NCBI GenBank assembly: GCA_964247055.1
Contig: OZ176051.1
Span: 12,462,001-12,526,000, forward strand
From: Paragordius varius
Taxonomy: Eukaryota > Animalia > Nematomorpha
Length of the DNA: 64,000 bases
Direction: 5' to 3'
The notes under the pieces are model-generated. The model did no database searches. It was not told the DNA's origin and worked only from the letters and a program-made list of their open reading frames with translations. The position numbers and the translations under genes were made by a program. Position 1 is the stretch's first letter; the number at the start of each line of letters is the position of its first letter. Shown piece by piece: positions 11,903-24,360 of the stretch.

Positions 11903-12191
11903 CACTTCGATTTGAATTGGGGTATCTACATACCCCAGACAATATATAATTTGATATTTTAAAACTACAGAAAGAAACGGTCCAAATTTTAATTTATCCT
12001 TCTATTATCCTAAAAATTATATAAAAACGCCGAAATATGTTAATAAAATGTAAAAAAAAAGTTCTATATTAAAGTATATCGCGGCCATTTTATTTTACAA
12101 CATTTAACGTTTTTATCTAATTTTAAAGAATTAAAGCTAATTCTTTATCCAATTTGAATCGAAAGACGAAAATGTGTGTTGTATCCAAGTG
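11903..12191 (+). mobile_element. piggyBac-like MITE (family D), internally deleted
   Basis: TTAA|CACTTCGATTTGAATTGGGGTATC...GTATCCAAGTG|TTAA. Confidence 0.8.
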
Positions 12192-12986
12192 TTAAACAAG
12201 AACTTACACTTCATTACCTTTTATTTTTTTGCCTTAGTTTATTAAAATAGTTTTATATATTAGAGCTAAATTTTGTATATATACAGTTATGCAAAATTTT
12301 AGTAAAATTTAGATCATACAGATAAAAAGGTTATTTTGAAAGTTTGATGAGTTCTAGAGTTAAATTGGGACAGTTTTAAAACATGATTGAAACGAACATC
12401 AGATATTACATTCAAATGATTTCAAGTTTTTGCTGGTAAAATGTAGTGAAAGCTGTTTATCACTTTTTACCTTTTATACAGACTGAGTATTTTTTGTCGC
12501 AGAGCTCAATCGCAAATAAAATACAATTGAAAGTTATTTTATTAGGGATTTTATCAAACACACATTTGGATAAAAAAGCTTATATTTTTCACATTTTTGC
12601 GACTCTAGGGTCTAAAAATGGGATTTCAAAACATAATTGAAAGGAACAGCTGATATTAAATTAAAATATTTCAAGTTTTTTCTGAAAAAAATGTAGCCTA
12701 AAAGTTTTAGAAATTTAATTTATTACACTTTCTAAACATTACACATTTATTCGCTCTTTCATTAGTGTAAAAAATCATGGAAAAATATGACGGCAAAAAG
12801 TTTTAGTTAATAATGTTATTAAATTTATAAATTTTTTTTGTATGATGCGCTTAAAAAGATAAAGAAATTATATTTTATTCGGTCCAAAAGCTTAAATACT
12901 CTTTAAAATACTCAAATTCCTCTGAAATAAAAAACTACCCAAAAAGGTAATTAAACATATTATGTATTTATGAATTAGAGATTTAG

Positions 12987-13479
12987 CACTTCGATTAAAA
13001 TTGGGTTACCAAAATACCCCTGACAATAATATTATTTTTTTAATATTGAAACGGTTCCAATTTAAGTTTATTCTTTCCTAATAAAAATAATATAAATGCC
13101 CAAATATTTAAACAAAATTATATTTTGAAAAAAAGATCCGTATCTAACTACTTCGGCGCAATTCTTTAACAACATTTTTGCAAAATATCGTGTATTTGAT
13201 TCTAAGGGCAATTAAGTGATCTTTTTTTTAAATATCAGATTTAATTTTAAACAGAGAAAGTGGTATACTTTGCAATATTTATATACATAGTTTATGTACA
13301 CACGCCATGTTGCTAAATTTTTCTTTGGGTTATCACTGAATAATTAATATCAAGTATTTTTGAATATTTTTTTTATATTCAATTGCATAATTTTTGAAAT
13401 ATTTAATTTTAAGAAGCTTGTGCAATCCAATGACCCCTTTTTGAATGAAGGACTAAAGGGTATATATTGTATCCATGTT
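12987..13479 (+). mobile_element. piggyBac-like MITE (family D), diverged
   Basis: TTAG|CACTTCGATTAAAATTGGGTTACC...GTATCCATGTT|TTAA; the interior aligns to the 11289 copy. Confidence 0.7.
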
Positions 13480-13484
13480 TTAAA

Positions 13485-14190
13485 ATTGCTCTGAAGAATC
13501 CATCGCAAAAGACTATGAATTGTTAACTCTTATGCAATTATATACAGGCAAAAAATATATGAATACATCATTGTGGGTTTAAAAACAAAATGAACTGTAT
13601 ATCTTACCTTTCACTCTAACATCAATATTTGGATCACATAACACGCTTAAAATTTTCTTCCAATTTATCCAACTGCTCTTTATTTTTAAATTGATATCAT
13701 CGGTCAACGATCCAAATGAACTTAACTTAGCCCCCAAATATTTGCAACTTTCTTTACCCTTCAGAACTAAACTATCATCAACTTCCATTTCATGTTGTAA
13801 ACCCCCAAAAGTAATAAGTTCGGTTTTTTATTTACTTTCAGACCGTATTGATTCAGTATAATGACCCATCTGTTTACCGTTCGCTTTAACTCAGCCAATG
13901 AATCAGACAAGATGATTATGTCATCTGCATACATTAAGGACCATGGCTATCTCGTCCATACAAATTATAAACAATAAGGGGCTTAGTGATGACCTTGGTA
14001 GACTCCATGCTTTATTGAAAAGGGTTCTGATATACCTTGTGGAGTTTTAATCCTGGAGATGTGAGATTCGTACATTATTTGTAACAACTTGATATAACTT
14101 TCTACCTTTTTACCAAATAGTTTATCTAGAAATCCTGTCAAAAGCCTTTTCTATCTCAATTAATATACGCAAATCCCCATTTAATGCTTT
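13485..14190 (-). pseudogene. Decayed fragment of an RTE-like reverse transcriptase from a second lineage
   Basis: Minus-strand reading gives IEKAFDRISR, HGVYQG/SLSPLLFIICMDE, PWSLMYADDIIIL, KYLG and WINWKKILSVLCD...KGKIY, with stops and frameshifts. Confidence 0.85.
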
Positions 14191-14295
14191 AATTAATTAG
14201 AGTGAATATTAAAGAAAGTGTATATTTTGGTCAAAAAGACACGGATAATCTATCTTGATTTTGAATGAAAGTAAAAAATAAAATAATAATTTATT

Positions 14296-14332
<37 letters not shown>

Positions 14333-14349
14333 CGCAAATTAAATTTATA

Positions 14350-14820
14350 TTATTTAGATAGTTTTATCGAAAGATTTTGATGTCCCTTTTCGGCTCTTTC
14401 TGTGATGGCGTCTTTGGGAAACACACAATGGGAATTCACCATTTGTAGCTTTAGATTCATGCGGCATCCTATATTTTTGGATAAAAAAGAATATAAATGT
14501 TTAAGTAACATGTGTATTTTAACATACATACCCATCCTATAGAAAGAGTCAATTAACTAATTCCAGGTAATTGTTATTTTTTAATTTCCCAAAAAATTTT
14601 GAGAAAAAGTTTTCAATGCAACCTATGCCGCTTTTTCTTTGGGTTGCACACCACATCGTTTAAAAGACTTGTAACCTAAAATTAAATGTATAATACCCGC
14701 GGCCCTATTAAAACTGCGGCGTTTTTATAAAAAATGCCTGGCTTATTGTGTCATCATGTTCTTAAATAATGCTACATGTCCGAGATACGGTGTTCTGGGC
14801 CCAAATCTAGGTTCCCCATA
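14350..14820 (-). CDS. Candidate exons of an unidentified spliced gene
   Basis: GC-enriched blocks with GT-AG borders: an exon ending at 14697, a 21-nt intron (14676-14696), exon 14623-14675, micro-exon 14532-14536 and terminal exon 14350-14468. They read ...NAAVLIGPRVTSLLNDVVCNPKKKRHRMGCRMNLKLQMVNSHCVFPKDAITERAEK... No homologue recognised and the 5' end is not resolved. Confidence 0.3.
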
Positions 14821-15938
14821 ATATAAAAAAAATAGTTTTTATGTAAATGGTAATGGTTATACTATTAGTTTTTTGTGTATTATCCACATATATGGCAAAC
14901 AATATTTTTATCTATCGGGCATCCTAAATTTATAAATATATTTACTTGGGTTATAATTATATTTTTTGTACATTTTGGGTATATAATAATATATTCTTGA
15001 TGAAAAAGCTGATATAGAGTATATTTAAGTGTAGGAAATATTCAAAAATATCATATGAAATAAAGAATATATTATATGCAGCTGAGTAAAATTTAGCTTT
15101 TTTTACATAAAAAAAACAAAAAAGATGTAAAAATTAAATTTATTTTTTAAAATAAAAGTCCACAAAGCTATTACACAATGATATTTATAATTAAACAAAC
15201 ATTATTAACATTTAATAAAATAAAATGTGTTTTCATTTAATAAGATGATGAAAATTATTTGTGTCAAAAAATGTTAAGTTCCACCGTTTTTGAGGGTTTT
15301 TGCCCCCTGGAACAAAAAGTATTGAATATTTTGAGTTAATTTTTTTTAAAGATAAATTGGTGGTCTATAATAAAAGCGAAAAATATTTACAAACGAGAAA
15401 ACTTTGGATATGTCTAAATATTTTAAAAGTCTCATATCTCGAAAACGACCTGGGTAAGTAAATTTTTTTTTAATCTTATCACAATACCATAAGGAATCAG
15501 AAAATATTAAAAAATTTAGATCCAGAAAAAGTTGTATCACAGTGTAATTAAAAATAAAGAAGTAATAAAGTGTTATACCATATATTTATTTTGTAACGCA
15601 AATCAGCCTACCTTTATTTTAAGAGAACCTCCTTCTTTGAAATGGGTTAAAATTACCTGCTTAAAATTTAAAATTTACAAAATATTTTTTATTTTCAAGT
15701 GTATTGTATAATTATGTGATTGTTTTGGCACTTAGTTTTCACCCCCCAAAAATTACTTAATAAAATGTGGCTCTATTTGTAATATCTCAGACGGATTGAA
15801 TACAAACGTCATAACAACTTTCCTATATGCAAGGCTCAAAAACACCATTAGAATTGTAATATATCAGAAAATTTGATTTATCTATTGTGAACACTAATAA
15901 ATATTTAAATACATTCACCTTAACACGCTTTTTCGAAG

Positions 15939-17731
15939 ATGGTAAATTAATTTATAAATTTTAGTCCAATATTTTCAGTTACAACGGAGGCAGTGTTGTA
16001 GCTATGGCTGGTAAAAATTGTTGTGCCATCGCCTCTGATTTAAGATTTGGGATTCAACTTCATACAATATCTATGGATTTTTGCAAAATCTATGAAATGG
16101 GTCCTCAACTTTTTGTAGGTTTTTCGGGCCTTGCAACTGATGCTCAAACCATGTATATTACCCTTAATTTTATGTTATTTTATAAATACTTTTATCCATT
16201 TTATATATTTAATTACAGAGTGTCCCGATTAAAATTTCGACTCAACCTATACTCGATTAGGGAAAACAAAGTTATGACGCCAGAAATTTTTGTCAATGTT
16301 TTAGCCAATATGTTATATGAAAAACGGTATCAAACTAAGTCTTAAATATTAATTGTGCATTTTGTTGTAAAATATAATTTTTCATTTTGTTTTTCATGGA
16401 TTTAGATTTGGACCTTACTTTGTGGAACCAGTTATTGCTGGTTTAAATCCAAAAACTAACAAACCCATAATTGCCAACATGGATAACATTGGATGCTCTA
16501 TGATAACTCACGATTTCGTATGTTGTGGCACGGCTTCAGAACAGCTTTACGGCATTTGTGAAACTTTTTGGGAACCTGAAATGGTTATGTACATTTATTT
16601 TGAGATACTCTAAGCTGATTTTTATCAATCTAAAAATTTTAAATTAACACTTCATGTCTACATTTCCTTCTATAAAAATTGAGGTAGTTCGATCACCGGC
16701 CTGTTTTAAACTAAATATTTTATAAAATATGAAACGTATTGAATGTAACATTATGCACCAAAATATAAAATTGATATTATTTTATAGCAAATTTTACGCA
16801 TGGCTCAGCTAAATTTAAAATTATTTTTTAAACAAATTTTTTTCTTTATATTACTAAGGGCAATGGATAAACTTTGATTTTAGTGGCAGTTTAATAAACG
16901 GTGTCGAAATCGTTAGATATATTTTTGTTTTTAAAACTAATATTTTGTTTTTATATTATTTTTACGCCTTTTTTAGGAGTTTTTAAATAATATCAATTTC
17001 AAATTGGCCTGGGGTATCCACTTACCCAAAAGGTATTACTATATAAAGGTTAGCAATAAATCTCGAGATAATTGTTTGATGCCATAAATAAATAGGGTAT
17101 CTTACAATATATATATATATATAAAACTATTATTGTATGTTCAAGATCTTTAAATGCTTATTTATAGGTTTTTCAATGTATGATTGAATTTTTTAATATT
17201 TTACCCCCCAAATCGTATTTTTTTAATTTTACAATATATATCTACTTTAGGATTCAGATGCACTCTTTGAAGCGATTTCCCAATCCCTTTTGAATGCTCA
17301 GGATAGAGATGCTTTTTCTGGTTGGGGCGCATTCGTCTATTTAATGTAACACATTATTATATTTTCTTGAAATTTGTAACCATTAAACATTTTTTAAAAA
17401 AATAAAAACTGTTGTACACAAAATATATATTTTTATCCGCCTCGCGATTCGTTCCATACAAACATTTATTTTAATTTAAATTCTAGCCAGAATGTTTCAA
17501 TTGTAATTTTTCAAAAAAACTAGTAGACAATATTCTTTTATGTCTCAATAATTTTCTTTTTGAATATTAAAAAAAAATAGTTTTTTTGCCAATTTTTTAG
17601 GCACCGGTTTTAGTTCCAAACCTGGGGATACATTAAATTTTTCATAATATTATTAAAAAATTTAAATTTATATATGTTTTAGAGAACCTGACAAAGTTAC
17701 CATACGCAAATTGAAAGCTCGTATGGATTAA
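15939..17731 (+). CDS. PSMB3: Proteasome subunit beta type-3
   Basis: Exons 15939-15941 (ATG), 15965-16152, 16219-16326, 16406-16583, 17251-17345, 17683-17731. Reads [20 protein letters not shown]...[17 protein letters not shown]...DRDAFSGWG...LKARMD*. Confidence 0.97.
16648..17031 (-). mobile_element. Diverged family D MITE, reverse orientation, in PSMB3 intron 4
   Basis: TTAA|CACTT start. Sequence aligns to the reverse complement of the 11289 copy (ggtagtt.gat...ggcctgttt; ggcctggggtatcc). Confidence 0.6.
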
Positions 17732-18865
17732 CCGTTTGCTATGTGAAATAATTGATAATAAATTTTTTCGTCATAATAAAAATACATCAATGAATTATTA
17801 GTATAACATTATCTATCGTCTAAATCGTTTAAAACGAATTTAAGGTCATGCTTGGTATGGCGTTTTTTTTATCGATTTTTTGGGTTTTTAAAATTTTTAA
17901 AATATAAATTGCACTTACTTTTTTTGGTTTGGTAATGGTTTTGATATTTTCAGCGTTGTTTGATGGTAAATTCAATAAATATTTTTGGAGTTTTTTTTCT
18001 GCTTACTTTATTTATGAATCTAATGATTGCAAACGAATTTGGTAACATTAAAGTGATGGATAATTGAAAATGTCTTAGTTTAATACCTATGAAAACTTGA
18101 AATAATATGAAATTTGGCTTTTTCCAATGATATTTAAAAAATTTATCAGATAATTTTATTTAGTAGTTTAATATCAAATGTGTATCTATGTATTTATAAA
18201 TTCCATAGTAAAATAAATTTAAGGATCTTGCTTATTTTATGTGAATGAAAAAATTATGCTTTTAGAGGGAAGTCAAAACGTTTTTTTCAGCAACTTGTAT
18301 GTATCAGGACATTTTTAAATAACAAAAATTATTTTATTATAATATTTTCACCACATAATATCAAACTAATGATGATACCTTGAGATAGAAATTTGTACTA
18401 CCCATTCAATTTCAACATAAATCTCAAATAAAACTTGTATTTTAGTTTTATCACATAAATTAACTAAATAATCTTTCAAGATTTTGACATCAAATCGAAT
18501 CATGCCGTTTTTCACTGGTGTGGTATTTATGAATTTGATAAAATTATTCATTTGTTTGATATTTAATTACTAACCAAAAAATTTTATAGGCCCGCGCATT
18601 GTATATTATCGACAAATATTGCATAGTTCGAAAGAAATGAAGACTTTAATTGAATCAAAAATATAATAAATGATTTAAAACCATAAAAAGATTGGGGCTC
18701 CCCCGATAAACAAACAACGCTATTATTTAAATAGAGTTAGAGATATGTATAGCATTATGATTTGCTAATAACAGAAATATGGATATAATAATATATCAGG
18801 ACATTTATTTAATAATATTCATAATTAGAATGCGCTGCTATATAATGATAAATATACACGTTTTT

Positions 18866-20236
18866 TTATTCATTAATTATTCTAATTCTTTTTGAGGGAT
18901 TATTGTTACCATTATCATCTTCCAAAGAAAGTTTTGATGTTCTTTCCATTTCTTCCGTTTCAAGACGTTCCTGGAAATTGCCAAAATAAATTAGTTAATA
19001 TAAATATTATCTATTAGAAATTAAAAAGTTTTAGTATATATAAAACTATTTACCAAAAATAAAAGTTTTCCCCGTTCTCCAGTACAATAAGATTGTTTAA
19101 CAAATGAACAGCAGCATTGATAGCCCCAAAGGTGTTTATACCAAAAGCTACCCCATACGCTCTACATAACCAACCAATCAATAGATGAATAAGTTAGTAA
19201 TTAGGTTTAAAATTGAAATTATACAGACAAAACGTAATAATACAATTTACCATTTTTCAAGCAAAATCATTACTTTTTCAACCAAACGCAACATTTTTAC
19301 AAGCAAAGACAACTGAAATGTTAAAGTTTACTTATAAAATTGTTGCGTTTGGAGGAAAAAAATATTGCATTTGCTTGAAAAATTGTTGCGTTTGCTTGAA
19401 ACAAGTTATCTTTGCTTGAAAATATGTTGCGTTTGGTTAAAAAAAGTTGCTGTTAACTGAAAATTGGTAAATTTTTAATTAAATATAATTTATTGGTTAG
19501 GTTGCGAAATAAAATAAGATGTAAATTGTTCAAAATATTTAAAAATTGGGTTATATATAGTTTTTGCAGTAAAAATCAAGGGATTTACAAATTTTCAAAA
19601 ATATAAATATATTTATCTTTAGTTTTAAGTTTTGTCTTTATAATTCAGATATGTAAATTGTACGTTTTTCCATAAAATTTTGTAATAAAAAGCATATGGG
19701 TATATACAGTATGATTTTGGGGATATATGTCTTCTTCGTATTTGGAACGAATTTTGGGTTTTTCTTGACCCTTTATAATTTGACCGGTCCTTGAATATTC
19801 CGTGTAGGTTTCCTAGATATTTTTAATCAATATTAACAACCCATTTAAATTATTGGATAAGTTATTTATTCTAATGGTAAATTTTGATATCGTCAGTTTT
19901 TTTAGAAATGTATGCATATAAAATATTTTCATATCAAAGTGCAAACTTCAACATGACCCACCTAATATTTTAAGTATTTTTTAAAAAATATATTTAGAGT
20001 GAGAATAAGTCAATCCGCACAAAATTTTAGACTGTTTTAAACAGTTGTGCCATGTAACAGTATACTTAATTAACAATAATGTGTGTCTGTATCATAAACA
20101 GATTATTTTTTTTCGGTGAAATGAAATAAATTAAATTTTTTTGAACTAAACAATATAATTGGTTTAAAAATGTTATCGAGTAGTTTATGATTAACAACAT
20201 ATTTTCATGAATGATTGAAATAACGGTTATATATAT

Positions 20237-20267
<31 letters not shown>

Positions 20268-23200
20268 AACCACAATGTAAAGGACCTAAGTTAAGTCAAA
20301 AACATGAAAGGGATTCAATGTTTTTGATTGCACAATAAATTTGCAAAAAAATTTAGGTCTATAAGTGATAAAATGAAAAAAAACTGTTTAAAAGATTAAC
20401 TTACACTTTGATTGAGTAACAATTGCGCCGGGGGAGGCTTAAATTGTTCTTGGTGACCGTATCGGTCATACAATGAGTTAGCTAAATCGTTTTGTAATTC
20501 GCTTTGCTTAGTTTTAAATTCTTTGTAAAGTAATTCCAATTTCGTTGGTTCGGATTGTTGATTTACATCGATACCCTTTTCAAGGGCTTCCCAAGCAAAC
20601 ACTAAACGCAACATATTTATGATGTGTGTGATTGGATATAAATTTAATTACTTTTTAAAAAAAGCAAAAAATAATAATAATTAAATATTATTCAAATAGC
20701 TTTTTTATCTATGCATCGTCGTTTTGAATGGCAAAATAAGGGAAGAATAGAGATGTAATTGATACAGATTAAGGTTTATATCTGCTTTTTAGGGCAAAAA
20801 ACTAATGATCTATCACTTTGTATGTTATATTTTTACTGTAAATTCCAAGACAAATAATCACTAACAACCCGGTGTCAAATTAAAACTAAAAACATAATTT
20901 TTATGAAACTAACTATATTTCTCCGTATTAAATTAATTCGTTGTTTCTTAAGTTTCACTTTCGCCATATACCACAAACAATAAAAATTATATTAAATTTT
21001 TATTTCTGGCTCGTAAAAATTAAATCTATAACATTTATTAACTTTTCCTTAAAAATTTTAAATAAAAATTAAATTATAAATATAATTTTACTCACTTTGT
21101 TGTTTAGCTAGGCTTTGTATATCTCCCGTATATCGAACAAAATTATCCCCCGCATATTGCAATCTAAATTAAAAATATAAATATTGAATTATATTATATC
21201 GTATTTTTTATCATTCAAAAAAAAAACCAAGAAAAAAGTTGAAATATATTTTTAAGACGGAGGAACATCTTTTTCCGTTAAACAAAAAAAACATTATTTA
21301 TTTTAATAAATTAAAAAATAATTGTCATTTTTCATGTTAAAAATTTGCCCCTGGTTTGAAAAATGTTGCCTTACCAAATAAAAAGTTAATTTAAAGAGCT
21401 TTTTATTTAAAAATTATATAAATTATAAGTTAAAAAATGTAATTTTAGAGTTATGTTACTCATTAGAAGACAGTCCAGTTTCTTCGAAAGGATTAGCACG
21501 CATACTTCGCGTTTTGGGATCATAAAAAGCCGAATCAGGATCCAAATTAAACAAGTACTATATAGTAGAAATATAAATAAAGAATAAAAATTGATATATA
21601 ATATATGGTGAAAAATGGTGACTACTCAAAAACCACATATAAATTGTTAAAAACATGTCTTCATATTTTCAAATCTCTATTTTAACTTTAAGTAAGTAAG
21701 TAAGTAACAAATTGTTCTCGCTCTAAAACTACAAAAATATATTTGCTTGTTTGCCAAAACCCTTTTAATTAAAACATAAAACCCATCCATATAGAGCAAA
21801 TAATATGGTCCATGTAATACAAAAAAATGTTTTACCAGATAATACGCAAATTACGAACCTTTAAAAACCAAAATGATGCGCTTGTTTACTTGTTGTGCAG
21901 CTTAAACCTTTTCTTTTCCCCTAAAAACTTTTCAAAAGTATGTAATCATTAAATCAAAATAGTCGTTTTTTTAATGAAAAACTAAAGGCAAAAAAGGAGT
22001 TTTATATAAGTATAACTAACCTTAGCTGTATCCTCGCGGATTCGTAAATTACGAACAGTTAGCGCTCTAAAAACAAAAAATAACCTTTTCCCTATAAACC
22101 TATAAAAATATCTAATCATTAAATCAAAATGGTCGTTTTTTAGTGAAAAATAAAGGCAAAAATTTTATATGAGTAACGCTGACCTTAGCTGTATCCTCGC
22201 GGATTCGCAAATTGCGTACAGTTACCCGTTCCTTACTATCTAACTTGGTTCCAGGCATATCGAGTCCTTCGGCGTATTTATCATCATCCTCACTGTCTTC
22301 CTTAAGGTCGTCCGTTATTAAGGGGACATCATTCATTACTACTGTAGTGGTAGTTGATTCACTCTTATCTTTTGAATCATCTGTGAAATTTAATAAGTTA
22401 TAATTATTGAATTGAAAATGTTCAAACTTTTATATGTTTTATATTCAAATTTTGCAAAATTCTTTACAATTTCATGAATAATAAGAAAAATAAATTAGAG
22501 TTTTCTTGAAATTTTACCATTCATTATTACTGATATCAGAGTTTAATGTTCAAATATATAAAAAAGTTTTTTTCTATTCATGATACAACATATAACTAGG
22601 ACATATAAATACCATTTGCACTTCAAGAGTGTCCTTTAACACTTCAAATTAATCCTTAAACTAAAGTTTAAATTATCATAAATTAGTATGCATGATTTAT
22701 TTATTTTTTTAGCCTAATTTTCTTGAATTATATATAATTATTCATAAAAAAACTAGTTTTTGTTTCCATTAATTTTTTCGAATTTAACAATTTTAAATTA
22801 TAAATATTTTCAACGAATTGTAAATTATAGGCTATACTCATTTTTTTCGATTATAATCTTATTAAAAAACGTAAAAAGATTTGGGTTTCTGAATGATTGA
22901 AAGTTAATATTGAGGTAGAAGTTTCGTTAAATCAACAGGATCGGTTAAAAATGATTAAATATATGAATGATACACGCTTTGACTGATAAAAGTAAAAAAC
23001 AAATTTATAAAAGTTGAAGTGTTAACTTGAAGTGTTCAAGGAACCAACTTTTGAACTCAAGGACAATCTTAAACTGCAAATTGAATAATTATATATAGTT
23101 GAAACCACTTTTTAATTTGTCTTTTGGTTATATCTGTTCAAATATGGGTGGGTGTACTTTTCCCTACTACTCTTGAAAACAAGTTGGTACATAAATAAGC

Positions 23201-24105
23201 AAAATCCAATAATTACAACAAAATTATATATTAATTATTAAATTTATTTCTATAGAAGTATATGTGGAAATACTCTGCTTATTATTAACTTTAAAATTTT
23301 TCAATTCATAAAAAAACCCAATTTTTTCAAAAAAAGTTAAAATTTTAAAAACCAAAAAATTATGATTTTATTTCAAAATTATTACCATTGTCAGGAGGTG
23401 TCTGATTATCGGCATTTTTTTCTTCATTGGCTAATTTACGTTCCTCGAGCTCTTTTTCCAATTTTTGTGATTTAAGAATCTTTTTAGCCTACATGATTAA
23501 TAAAAAGTTATTAATAATATAATTAAGTATACCATTTACAATTCAAATTTATCCTTAAACCCTAAAAATAAATTATGTGTTTTCGGGATAATATAACTCA
23601 TCATTAATAAAAATCATATTTTTACGACATAGTTTATTATTTTTTCAGCATTATATATTAATTTTAACGAAAATTTATTTCATACTTTAAAAATAAGTAA
23701 TTTTTAATCTTAAAAAACACACAATTTATTTTAGGGTGAAGTTGAATTGTTCAAGGGTGAATTTTAACTGTAAATGGTATATTATTGTATGGATGTAATA
23801 TATTTTTATTAATTATTATATGTTATAGGTAAATAAATCCCAATGGTTTGCTTGTTAAACATAATTTTTATGTATAAATATAAATAAATAAATATATATA
23901 TATACATTATCTTTTTTTACATTATAGATATGTTGTTCAGAGAAGTATTAAATTTTTGTTTAAGCAATTTTAATCCACATGAAATCAAGAAATAAACTTA
24001 TGAATTAATTATGAGATAAACCAACTTTAGCAATTTTAGAAAACAGGGCCAACATTTTAATATTAGGGGCTAATTACATTTTTTATAGTTGTGTACTGAT
24101 TTTGC

Positions 24106-24153
<48 letters not shown>

Positions 24154-24321
24154 TAATTTGATACAAATTCAAAAAAATTAATTATAGAAATAAACAATGA
24201 ATATAAAATAAAATCATAATGTAACAAAAATTTTAATAAAATATGATCAATTAAAAATTGAATATATACTATATAGTTTATATAGCAAAAATCAAATAAT
24301 TTACACAAAGATATACTCAAT

Positions 24322-24360
<39 letters not shown>

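Noticed and set aside
17840-18670. Possible small plus-strand spliced gene between PSMB3 and SLU7 (for example ...IMPFFTG / PRIVYYRQIL...)
   Set aside because: Several incompatible exon and phase combinations are possible, and none gives a recognisable protein.
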